Positions 39,601 through 51,321 of a DNA stretch of 56,744 nt are shown piece after piece (position 1 is the stretch's first letter; every line of letters begins with the position of its first letter). The DNA is from Catajapyx aquilonaris. Lineage: Eukaryota. The position numbers and the translations under genes are program-made. The stretch lies in NCBI GenBank assembly GCA_000934665.2, contig JYFJ02002471.1, positions 1-56,744 on the forward strand, given 5' to 3'. The notes beneath the pieces were generated by a model. The model was not told where the DNA came from, searched no databases, and saw nothing but the letters and a program-made list of their open reading frames with translations.

Positions 39601-40898
39601 ATCTCCAGAAATGTTACATTACACCTTACTGGCCTTGTAATTATGTGTGCCGACAAATTCCAAAAAATTGCAGTGGTGATAATGCAGCTTGTTTTTAGTA
39701 TGACTCAATGTCTCACAATCATAAAGGCGAGGCCGCTATGCAGAGGAAAGAAATACTGTTCCTCCAATTCATGACTCGTTGCCACACCCACAAGTTGATG
39801 TTAATTCCCAAATGAACCCACAATCACTTAATAAATTGGATGAGAAGCAGGGGTGGGACTAATAATTACATTGCTCTGCACATATAGTCTAATGTCCACA
39901 ACTTTAACCTCCACCTGCCAGCCAAATCATTTTAACTTTGAACAAAGAGACACAAATTATACAGTAAATACATGCAATTTCCTTTAAATATTAATGATAT
40001 GGGCATGTTCATGCTTTCAACTAGAATATGTGAGTTTGACTTATGTTGAATACCAGTAATTAACTATCATCCTACTCATCATCAATAATTAACTGCAACT
40101 GTCCAATCCTATATCAAGGCATTATCACTTAATAATTCTTGTGGCTCGAAGCCATTACATAAAATCTCTCATCTTTTGAATGTCAATGTAGCTTGTCACC
40201 CACACTTTAAAAATTCTGGTGCTTTAAAACTATGAAGCACATTTCAAATGTACCTTTACTTTCAAAGCCACAAAGTTCTCGTTAATGAAGAACTGAAAAT
40301 CAGCAAGTCACTTCGGGTGGTGTGCTACTTTTGGAAGCACCAAGATGTCAAATCTTATAACCTGAAGCACACAGTGTGTTAAATTTGACCTATAACAATA
40401 AAGTCATGTGTCATTACTGGTATTACAGTTACGTTATGTGTGTATATCCTGAACAAGCAAACTGGCTTCAAAACATCTCAAGTTGGGCACATCATGTCGG
40501 CCCCAAATTAGTGCACATGATTACAATGAGTCTCCAACAATCAACAGACCAATTGAAAATCCTTGGTTAATCTTTAGACATCAGTGACAAAACATAATTT
40601 TCCATAATTCAGCTGCCCATAGTTGAAAATGTGCTGCATCAATGTGAACATTTTCTACTTCCAATTATTATTAATGACCCGGGATACTCAGGACCTGTTC
40701 TCCTCTTTGTTTGCATCACAAATGGCAGAACAGAACCTTCACCCTGTGTGCCTCGAGGCACAGTTACTTTTCTTGGTGTAAAGCCCTTTCCCTAATCAAC
40801 AACAATGAGGCTACAGAGTATGCCCTGACATAATAATAGTGTAAACTTCCTTTGGTGCACCCTTCTTCTCCTATCCTGCGCCTTCCACCAGATGAAAA

Positions 40899-43542
40899 TT
40901 AATTTCCTTCGGCAAACCCCAAGTTGATAATATCTCCGTTCTCCAGCACCTCTACTGCCCTGTCCCCAGGTCGCAGGGCGTTCCTTACCATGGCTCTTGC
41001 CACAGTGGCTGTGTTGACACTGAAGCGGTTGCTGGTGTCAAAGCGTTTGGCCAGGTTCTGTGCCCAACCTTCCAGCCGACGCTGTTCATCTCGCTCGCAC
41101 AGGAGGAGGGCTGGGCGGTACACAGACAGCCGCTCAAACCCAACCTCCCCGACATGCTCCTCGGCCAGGCCTTTAGTGCGAGGATACAGCAGCCAGCCGT
41201 TCTTGTTTGCACCCTGAGAATGTAGTGGGTGGAGTGTCAGGTACCCTTACTCTCAGCAGGCAATTTTTACACGACAGGAAGGAGAGACTGTAATAAAGGT
41301 GACAAAGAAATGTGATAATTGGTGACCAAGAAAAAAAAAAGAGCAGGTGTCTTCTACACACAATTCTCAGCTCTTTACCACACAGTAGGAACTTTAAAAT
41401 GGGGGCAAAATTGATTAAATGATTATATTTACAGGACTGGCTCTTGCAATCCCCATGCAGTCAACATGCAATAACCCGTCCCCCACCCCCAAATGCATGG
41501 AAGATATCACCATAAATAAACCATTTATGCATATCCAGTTCATTCAGCCAAAGAATAGCATTTACACACATATCACAAGCCTTTTAAGTTAATTTCATTG
41601 TTGATGCAAATGATGCCTAACGTGAAGTCAGTACAATATTCTGGTTGACACAATGTTATGACAAATAATGTCCCCCAACATGTTGCCATTTTAAAAAGGC
41701 ACTTTGGAGAAAGTTTTCCAATTCTCACCTGGGCTGACACTAGGTGGAATTGGCGGCATCCAGCCTCCTTGGCTAGCTTGGCTGCCTGCACCACATAATC
41801 ATGGTCCACACGAACGAAACCTTCTTGACCTGCCTGAATGGACAATCAAACAGTGAGTCAGTCAGCCATAACCTCAAGCATCACAATGAATCTTGACACT
41901 GACCTTTGCCCTGGTAGTTCCCAGAGCACAGAATCCCATGTCACAACCTTGAAAGGCATCTGAGTAATCTCCAAGCCTCTCGAAATCCACGACCCTCTGC
42001 TCCACCTTCTGGTTCTGGTCAGGAGGCAGGTGAAGGTCCAGCTGCCTGCGTCCCACCAGGACCAGGTGTGAGAAGGAAGGGGATGCTGCAAGGGCCTTCA
42101 CCAGCTCCTTGCCCACCTCCCCTGTGCCGCCAATCACAAATGCAGACACAGACTGTGCTTGGGCCAAGTCACTACCTGGTTCCATCCTAAAGCTTTTAGA
42201 TACGGAAAAGATGGAGAGAGACGTTATCAGTGCCTTTTATTTAGATCATACCTTGAGTTATCTTGAACATACAGTGCGTTTCAGAATCATTCTCACTTGC
42301 ATATAGGAAGAAATTCTGCAAATGCTTGCCCTTGTGAATCCAACTTCAAGTTTCGAGTGGAATCATACACACCATTGAAAAGCCTATTGAATGCACTTCC
42401 CAATGGTTTCTGTAATTCAATACCACACTTGACTGTAAGGTGACAGGAGCAAGTGGAAATGAGCATCCGCAACATCTTCATCAATATAGATGCGAGTTAA
42501 ATTCTGAAACATTATGACATAATGGTATAATCTGAAGTCTACATAATGTTTGTCCAAATGTTGCGGAACTTCTCCACAAATCCTATTGAAACCTGTCGTA
42601 TTGCACCGATTAATTTAACAGGCAGCTGTTTGGCCATAATTTTCTAAAAATAATCCCACCCATTATATTATTGATCCAATACGTATCTAGTAAATTGCTC
42701 AAGATCAAATAATGATAAGTCTTCCTTTCTGAGAATAATTAAGCATGAAATGCAAATTATTACAAGAATTTTCATCTAGGGCTCTCATACAGCTCAGGCA
42801 CCAATAGAAGGCTGATCGGCTCCATCGAGTGTCACAAAATCAACATGCATGGGCACTCTTCATGTTATTTCACATTATGCTAGTCCTCATGTGAGCAAGT
42901 GCAGCAAAACCAGTCCACACCAGAGTTTCTCTGTTCCTTGAGAAACTTTCATGACATCACACAGGATGTTCCAATTGAAATGTCATTTTCAGTTACTGAT
43001 GGGCCACTAAACAGTTTATTTAAGAAGTAACTTTGGAGCAGTTATTTTAGTGGTTATCAAATGCATAAGCTGCTAATATTAGGTGGTGAGGGCACAGGGT
43101 CCTTTGATAAGCAGCTGGTAAAGATATGGGTTAAACAAGTTGATATTCAGTGCCAGCTGTTCCAATGGACCACTCCCAATATTGGAAACTCACTAACGTA
43201 AGACCTTGACGTATTGGCCTGATATTATCAGCTAAAACTTTTCCTAACCATTTCAATAGAAGCAACTGCTGCCAAAAATTCCGCAAACTCTAGATTCATT
43301 AGCAATAATTAATCGGATGTCCTGCGAAGTTCGTGTTCTCTCCGTCTGTGCCACCGTGACCCTGTCCCTTCAAGAGTAGGTATATGCTGTGGGTGCACCA
43401 TCCCCGTGCAGCATGTGTGGGTGCCGTGCTCTATGTACCGGTGAATCCCTATATTATCCACGGGCGTGAACAACTCGATCCAGATGAACCGGGCAGCCAG
43501 CAGAGCAGCCAAGGCAAGACCAAGCCCCAAGTACGTCTTCAT
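40899..43542 (-). CDS. HTATIP2: Oxidoreductase HTATIP2 (TIP30/CC3, atypical SDR), 4 exons, about 268 aa including an N-terminal hydrophobic extension
   Basis: Exons 43542-43439, 42186-41904, 41833-41729, 41213-40899 (807 nt, phases match). Motifs: [74 protein letters not shown] (YxxxK), RLSVYRPALL. The first exon is less certain; the core can start at ATG 42185. Confidence 0.92.
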
Positions 43543-44037
43543 TGATCGCACACGTTACGCTGCTCATGTGACGTAACCGCGAAAAACCTACGAGTCACGC
43601 ACCCAATCAGATAATAGTAATGAAGAAAAAAAAAACCGTAATTACAGTTTAGAATGGCTGAGGACATACACGTTATTCGAACAGGCGCGGTAAAGTCGTG
43701 TTTTACCTGCAGTGTTAGTGTTGGGAAGAGAAGAAGAAGAAGGAAGAGGCAGGGCAGGGAGGAGGAGGAGGAAGAAGAACGGGCGGAAGACTTGTCGGTT
43801 CGGGAGTGTCCCCGTATCAACCCGGAATCCGGATCACAGACTGACGGACTGACTGCCGCAGTAGTATCCGCATTCCGCAGGTACACTGTTGCCACATCCA
43901 GGGAGCCACTGGGACCGGACGTGTGGCAACGACGCATTAGGTTGCCGATAGATAGTACCCGATACCATCGTCAGTCACCGATAGGATCGTGTTCACGTGC
44001 GTAGGCTCTGTGAACAGTGTGAAGGGTTTTGTTTGCC
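43543..44037. promoter_or_regulatory. Divergent (bidirectional) promoter region between HTATIP2 and TRMT10C
   Basis: The ATGs are about 500 bp apart, head-to-head, in CpG-richer sequence. CRE-like TGACGTAA at 43569-43576. Probable TRMT10C 5'UTR intron 43881-44004 (CAG|GTACAC ... GTAG|). Confidence 0.55.
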
Positions 44038-45767
44038 ATGATGCTGCGGCGAGTGGTACCGGCCCTGGCTCGTCTGGTGCGGTACCGATGCACGGACAGC
44101 CAGCAGAGCAGGACGCCTGCTGCCAGGTAAAGCTCTGTGGACCACCCCGGGTTGCCATGGAAAAACCAAACGTGGAAGAACAAACAAACAAACAAACAAA
44201 CAAAGTTCCTTACATACCGCACTAGTAGCAGCGGTACCCGTTCTTCGCACGGCCTATTTTCCATTGTAATCAACAACAATCAATCAATCATTGTTGCCAT
44301 GGACAAACAAACGAACTTACCCTTACATATCTTGGATGCAATACATGTTATTATTGTAAGGGAAAGTTTGTTTGGCCATTGCAAGATGTAAGATAGAGAT
44401 GTGTTGTTAACTGTGCAACTTTGCAGGCATTTGCAGGTGTTGCAAGTGAGGCGGTTGAATGCAGGGGCAGCATGTACGGAGCCTGTTGGAGAAGAGGAGT
44501 TTGAGGGGGTGGTGAGGAGGTTGTGCGGAGATGACGGGGAGAAGGAGAAGTATCTGAGGGTGATCCAGATGGAGGTGGAGATCGGGCGGCAGGAAGGGCT
44601 GCCGGTGCCAGACCATATCACTCAGGAGGAGTGGGCGGAGCTGATGTCGTTGGACACCAGGCCCAAGCGAAGGAAGTTTCTGCGCTACCTGTTCCTGACA
44701 GAGAAGAGTGTTGAGAATGAGCGGCGCAAGAAGGAGCTGAAGCGACAGAAGCGGGAGGAAGAGTTGCGACAGAAGGCTGCCAACCAGGCCGACACCTTAC
44801 CGGACGATCCGTCCAACATCACGTATGGTCTGAGTGGTTGCACCATATTCATGCGCATACGTGACCATGCCATTACACAGTTCTTGAATGCTAAGCTGAT
44901 GGAAGCCATACAGTTTGAGCCCACGATAGTTGTGGATTGTGGCTACGACCAGTACATGGTGCGACAAGAGCACATGACGTGTGCCAACCAGCTCCAGATA
45001 TTGTTTGCAGAGAACCGGATGCACACGAAACCATTCCGACTCATGTTCTGCAATGCTAATCCCCAGGCACCCACCATGAAATTCATGGAGAGATTTATTC
45101 CTACTCTGTATGACCCACACTTTCCGTTGGAAGTTACCCAACAGGACTACCTAGAGTTGTACCCCAAAGACAAGCTAGTGTACTTGACACCACATTGTAA
45201 GGAGGAACTGAGCCAGTACAATCCAGACGATGTGTACGTAATTGGAGCCATGGTGGACAAGCGCAACACTGATCATCTGTCATTAGCAAAGGCCAAGAAG
45301 CAGGGAATCAGGATGGCCAAGTTGCCTCTGGACAAGTATCTCAGGTTGGTTGATCAGGAATTTATTACAAACAGAGGCTGTAAAATGTCGTCTTAATATG
45401 GACCATTGTACAGTACTTCCTCTCAAGAAGTGATGTTGAACCTGGATTTTCTGCTGGATGAACTAGGGTTGAAATCATATTTTTCTTTTTAGTTGGGGTG
45501 GTGGTTCTGGGAAGTCGCTGACTGTCAACCAGGTGATTCAGATAATGCTTGAGATTAAGGACTCGGGTGACTGGGACAAGGCACTCACCTTTGTTCCAAG
45601 GAGGAAGCTGTTTCGAGATGATGAACCCAACAAATTTAGCAGGTACAGTATTGCAGACAAGGAATTACACTGCAAACTGTAACTTTAATTGTGTTTGCAT
45701 TTACAGGGACGTGCCCAGGAGAGAAAAACGTGACTACTATCATGTAAAGTCACTTTTTAAACATTAA
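44038..45767 (+). CDS. TRMT10C: Mitochondrial tRNA m1R9 methyltransferase / RNase P protein 1 (TRMT10C, MRPP1), 4 exons, about 405 aa
   Basis: Exons 44038-44126, 44427-45344, 45493-45642, 45707-45767 (1218 nt). Arg-rich, acid-poor mitochondrial targeting-like start MMLRRVVPALARLVRYRCT. Family motifs: EEWAELM..RRKFLRYLF, VVDCGYDQYM, DKLVYLTPH, DDVYVIGAMVDK, AKLPLDKYL.WG.GSGKSLTVNQV, GDWDKAL.FVPRRK. Confidence 0.94.
44179..44204. repeat. (AAAC)n microsatellite in TRMT10C intron
   Basis: Directly visible, about 6 units. Confidence 0.85.
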
Positions 45768-45788
45768 ACTTACTCTAGGGAACTTGTG

Positions 45789-48700
45789 TTAGCATTTGTT
45801 GGCTGTTCCAACCATCGATGCCCAACTGGGGAGGTCTTTCCTTGGCAGCGTTTGTCGTTGTGCAAGCCTTCTAAAAAATTTAACTGTCTCGCACCTCTTC
45901 AGGACCATCTCTTCCTGCTTTACGTCATAGGTATCCATACCCACTCTTGGGAACATGAAGGCCTCGGCCACTTGAAGCATGTACGTTGCTGAGTCCTCCA
46001 TGCCAGGTGCTTGGATGACTTTAATGTTCTCTTGGGGAAGGTGTTTCACAAAGTAGTTCATCTTATCTTCACCCTTTTTGCGGCTTACTTTCATGAGGTA
46101 TTCCACTGCCAGGTAGTAGCGGATGTTGGTCACTACTTCGGATGAGTGGTCATGGTCTTCCAAGGGATCAAACACTAGGATGCATGGCTTGCGTTCCAGG
46201 GGTGGAGGGAGACCAGGGTAGCATACCACCACGAGAAACCAGTGCTTCCTGCCCAGGGTAAAAAGATGGCAATAATCAGTACCAGTCCTCACTGTAATTT
46301 CATCGTGGACTTGCATGAAAATAATAATTAGACACTCAGAACATGGACTGTGCACCAACAGTATAGCACGAACTGATCAGATATACTGGACTCTCTATTA
46401 CCAGCACAACATGGATATTTTGTAACGTGTTAGTGCACATGCGTTAAAGGTAACGAGCAGTTGGGAATCCGCATCTGACAGAGTACTACATGATTGGAAA
46501 AATGTCTGCATTTTCATAGAAAAGATAATATTGATCATAAGTTAACCTTTATTGCACTTGTTTACTTCAAACTTCCTGAAAAAATAACATGCTCCTGTTC
46601 TGCTGCGCATGATGGGATTTTTTTGAATGCCATTTATTTCAATAAGGCGTCAATGATTGCACAGGGACTACACCAAATCAATGAAATACTATTTCCAGCT
46701 ACAGTCATGTGTTACCAACAATGTGATCATTATTTCTTGTTACCAAGCTTGTTACTTTCCGGATTCCAGCCACTCGTCAATGTGGATTTTACATTTTTTC
46801 ATACTTCCATTTGTTTTAGCCGTGCACGGATAATTGGGAGTACAGTGTATGCGTAACCAGTCCTGTGTACTCTTATTGTGCATACAGTCCATATTTTCAA
46901 TAAGTCGTCAACAATACCGTTCTTAGTTGGAGGATTACGTGTAGTATATTTCATTGTCATTTCATCATTCCATGCAATAGTGCTTAATATATTTATTTCT
47001 CTATTAAAGCTCAAAGTATTTCATCATATTGCACCGAGATTACACCTAAACTATGAATAATTATTTCCTGCAAACATCGTGTACCAATAACACTTGATAA
47101 TAATTATTGCTTGTTATTTTTCGGATTCCAACCTCAATGTGGATTTTCCTCGGGAAGAATTGCCTGCAATTAGTTTGAGAAATATGCTACAATCGAAAAT
47201 CTAAATGTTAAAAACCGTTTACTGCTTTAATGGAGATTTCCACACTGGTTATGTTCATCCTGCACCTTACCCACACAGTTAATAATTATTTGGCATGGGC
47301 TCGTTTAGTAGGATTAATTAATTAAATGTGGCATTACATGATGTATTACATCCACCGTAATAATCCGCTACTGATACGTTAAAACTTATACTTTTACACT
47401 TCAACATCGACAAAAATGTGTTCGTGACATCCTGAAAAATCACCTGATCAATAACCGCCCATTCATAATAAATCTTCATTGACCTTTTCTCTCCGTGTTT
47501 AGCCTTCAAATGCCACGTAAACAACACGTTTATTTCGATTTTATTTTTAATCAATGAATTTAGTCGTCGAAAATACATTCCGCATATTCGCATATTCAAA
47601 CTGGTCACATACCAGGAATCGTCAGGTAGGGAAGTATACTTGTAAAGGTGCATCTGCCCGCCAGGCATGTGAATACCACGAACCCAATCTTCATCTCGAA
47701 GTAGGATGGCTTCAGCTTCTGCATCGAATTAATGAAAACGTTCGGTAAGGCCTTCAACCGCTCACCGTAAAAATACGAGTATCCAGGTCTTTCCCAAAGT
47801 AGTCGAAGATCACTGATGTGACAGATGGGGTCAGCCGGTCGCTGTTCAAATTTTTTTTTTTCAGTTTGACCATTGGATTACACTGAAGCAGGTTGTGGAC
47901 AGGGGAGTCATCCAGGCCGCAGCTATGGAATATCACCAGAACCTCCAGATCGTAGGAGTGAGATAGGAGGTAAGCCAGATGGTGTGGACCCAAAGCATCC
48001 ACACTCAAAGCTTCCTTTATCTCCACGATCCAAAGCCTCTCCAGATGCATGAAAGGGTTGCCTTTGTTTCTCGCGAGTCTGGAAAATTGGCAGCGAAACA
48101 GGTGAAGACTGCTCAAATTGGGGAACAGGTTGTTGATCTGCACCAGGTTGGCAGGTCGACCTGATCGCAGCAATGCAGCTCCAACTTATCCATGCCTTGC
48201 AATGGGCCGCTGATTACTCCAAGTAACTTCTACAGGTCTGGAACAAATCTGAGCTGGAGACTCACGTGAAGGCGTGAGAACGCTGTGCTATCAACTACTG
48301 ACACTTGACCAGAGGTGCATTCTGACAAGGACAGTTCCTTCAAGTGCACCATCCTGTTGATTGGTGACAGGTGGTGGCAACTGTCCAGCCTCACCTTCTG
48401 CAGTTCCGGGAAGTGACGCGCCATGCAGAGACTCAGCATCATCATTTCCAAACCTTTCCATAGCTTCAACGACCTCCAGTCTCCGAAGGCGATATGTCCC
48501 ATGGCAAGCTTCAACCATTACTGCCGCCAGACACTCATCCTGGACCTCAATGTGTCCAGCTGAGGGACGGTCAGCAGGATGTCCAGCACGTCATCCACAG
48601 ACGACAGACCGCTGTAGTTGACATACACTCTCTGCAATTTCTGGCAGCTCCCCAGTGTCATCGGCTGATTGCGGGACATCCCTCACCCCCACTCGAACGA

Positions 48701-51321
48701 CATCTCTTCCAAAGAAGGGCAGTCCTTCACCACCTTCTAAACAAGGTTCATGTCATCCGTGATCTCCCCTTCCAGTCGGAGACACTTCAGCTGTCTGATA
48801 GGCAGGTGCTCCAGCACCTCTTTAATCATGTCATGTTCACTGGGATTGGTGCAGAATGGGTCAGGCCCAGAGTCAGGGTTCACCGTCAGGCAGGTGAGGT
48901 GATCCAGCCTGTCCAGGTTTCTGGCCACCTCCATGTCCATTTCGGTGAGCCAGAGGGTGAGGTGGGTGCACCAGGGACACATGGCGTTAACGGATGTGGA
49001 CTCCGGACCACTCTGGACCATGCAAGATGAACTCCTTCATGTAGTCGTCAGCCAGGGTGACTGGGATAGAGCTGGACAGAGCTTTGACCTCCATGGTGTG
49101 TCTCTTGGACCGTGTCTGGCAGCATCACCTGGACGAAGGACTTGAGGGCGAGTTGTTTCAGACGAAGAAATGTGATTGGTCGTGGCATGGCTTTATTTTA
49201 ATTTACGCAAAGTAGTTGAAGATCTTGAAGCATAAATCGAGACTCCAAGCCTTCACACTTGAATCTATAACCTGAGGAGTGGAGTTTTACAGAACTGTCG
49301 TAACACAATTGCCATGAATCACCTTTTGCCAATATTCACTTTCGCAGGAAACGGGTTTCAACAATGTCACTGATTGCACTTGGTGCAATGAGAGGAGTAA
49401 TAAGATTGTGAGCGATTGCATGCGTATCAACAGAATGTGTTGCAATCTAATTTAAAGTGGAGAACTAAACTTACAGTTTCATTGAGATGAAATATATTCC
49501 GAATCAGTGAACCAAGCAGGAACCAAGAGCCTTCCTCTCATGATTTCTTTTGCAACAAACTGTTGGCTTTAGTCGTCTCTTGGCAACGCTTTGTAACCAT
49601 TTACGTGTGCCGTGGTCAATGATGTCTTGGAACCAATTGAGCACGTTGCTAAACTCAGGGGCTGCCACAGCAGGAAGTAAACAAGTCATTGTTGAAAAAT
49701 TGTTTGAAATTATTTCAAACAATGACTTGCTTACTTACTGCTGTGACAGCCGCCGAGTTTAGCAATGTGCTCTAATGTGTGATGACACGATGCGGGCCAT
49801 GGCTGGTGTTTGCCATCATGCAGATCAAGTTGGGGGGGAATTGGAGAAATCATGAGTGACATGGGTGACTTGAGTGCCACTTTATTTGGACTGGCGCAAA
49901 ATGAGGAGACCCTTCCATCGCAGTGGCCATGCTGCGTCAGATCATGATGCCTTGCTTGCTGTCTTTTTCCATGATTCTCGATGGTGGAAATGCACCGGGT
50001 TCCGCCATCATTTAAGTTCATCTTGATCACATGACATGTCGAATTCCTCTACAACACTGTCTTGGCTCAGATTGCCACCCTGGCCAACTTCATTTGCGAG
50101 GTTCTGAAGGTAATCAATCGAGATGTAAAAGGTGCATGCCAGGAGATTCAGAAGCAGAGAGTAGAAGCAGTGTTTGAGCCGATCACGATCAAGGAAATGT
50201 CCAGGGACATTCACTTCGCGTGCCTTTGATCTGGTGGAGAAATTGAACAGAGTGTATGGCGTCCGAATAAGAAAGTTTCAATAATGTAGCACGTGAGTTT
50301 GACTAGTGGAATGTGGCTGTACAGTTCACTTTCCCTTCTGCCAATGCCTCATGAAGGTAACTAACTCCACCTATACCTGCGGGCCATACCTCATCCCATC
50401 TGATGCTCAACATACCACTGATCTCCTGAATCACGAACTTGACGTTGCCTCCGGCCACGTCGTCAACCTATTCATTCGTATCCATAATGGATACGAGCTC
50501 TCTGTACCTTTTGGAGGCCTACAATATTGCGAAATTTGTGAAATTGATATTATTTTGTGTGAGTAATTTGTAAATTTTTCCGCTATTAATGGCAGGTTTC
50601 TCCGTAATGAATGCGAGGGTTAGCGTATTGGCAGTTTTCGAAATCAGGCTGACTACAGGATGCCCCGGATGCCCAATATACTGGTGGTCTAGTTTCTGAT
50701 AAGGCAATCACGACCACAGACTGCTTGAAGTTTTCATTCTTTTTCTACAGTACAGTATGAATGTGAACCACCTGTGAAAAGCATGATATTTTAAGTTAAT
50801 GTCTACCCTATTTTGATCCAAACCTGTGCTCAACTGGGAAAAGGAGGAAATCCCTTTGGAAAATATCCACTGGAGGTTCTTGCACATACTGATATCTTGT
50901 CCAAGCTTCTCTCGGCAAGTAGACAAGATACCATGGTCGCCTGACACTCTCTGTGATGCTCAATGAATTTGTCAGCAGGCAGTAGGAATACGACCTGAAT
51001 ATGTAAGTGGAATCTCTGTCCTCTTTTCTTAGCAGGTTGTGAAGGAAGCACATGCAATAATCCACAATGTTGTTGGTCACATGGTGACCCGGTTTCAGGC
51101 TGTAGTAGTCCCTGATGGTCAAGGTGGGTGCAGTTTGCATGTGAGGTGTTGGCTCAATGATTCTGCAGAAATAAAACAGTGCTCTGGGTAAAAATCTGGG
51201 AGCTAGGCAGGTCTGTTTTGTTGACCTTCAAATTGCCTTGAATTGAAATATTATTATTCTGATTGACTTACTCTTCATCCAAATCTTCATAGGGCAATGA
51301 AAACCGCTTCCGTTTGGGCAT
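45789..51321 (-). CDS. SENP6/SENP7-like Ulp1 (peptidase C48) protein with catalytic Cys aligned to Ser, about 282 aa, 3 coding exons
   Basis: Exons 51321-51272, 51162-50824, 46248-45789 (849 nt; phase-2 junctions match). Motifs: MPKRKR (NLS-like), LTIRDYYSLKPGHHVTNNIVDY, TYIFRSYSY, VDIFQRDFLLFPV, KHWFLVVVCYPGL, KPCILVFDPL, VVTNIRYYL..EY, and QAPGMEDSATYMLQVAEAF versus canonical QQxNxxDCGxYxLQYVExF. An out-of-frame upstream ATG at 51448 means it could be a frameshifted pseudogene. Confidence 0.75.
47600..49188 (-). pseudogene. Disrupted BC-box + leucine-rich-repeat gene (PRAME/ZYG-11-like Cullin-2 substrate-receptor architecture) nested in the SENP-like intron
   Basis: It starts MPRPITFLRLKQLALKSF (BC-box-like), then after a frameshift reads SIPVTLADDYM (cullin-box-like). 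LRR units: LDRLDHLTCLTV, QLKCLRL, DCPSLEEM, CQKLQRVYV, FPELQKVRL, MVHLKELSL, FPNLSSLHL, FMHLERLWI, DLEVLVI. There are several frameshifts and in-frame stops (e.g. 48737, 48230). The 3' end is approximate. Confidence 0.7.

Noticed and set aside
48494..49030. 178-aa plus-strand ORF
   Set aside because: Antisense shadow of the minus-strand LRR remnant; no motif of its own.
45789..51321. Ulp1 domain as cargo of a transposon (Zisupton, MULE, Ginger) or a Wolbachia CidB-like transfer
   Set aside because: No transposase, TIRs or TSDs were seen; the motifs are cellular SENP6/7 type and the gene has spliceosomal introns.
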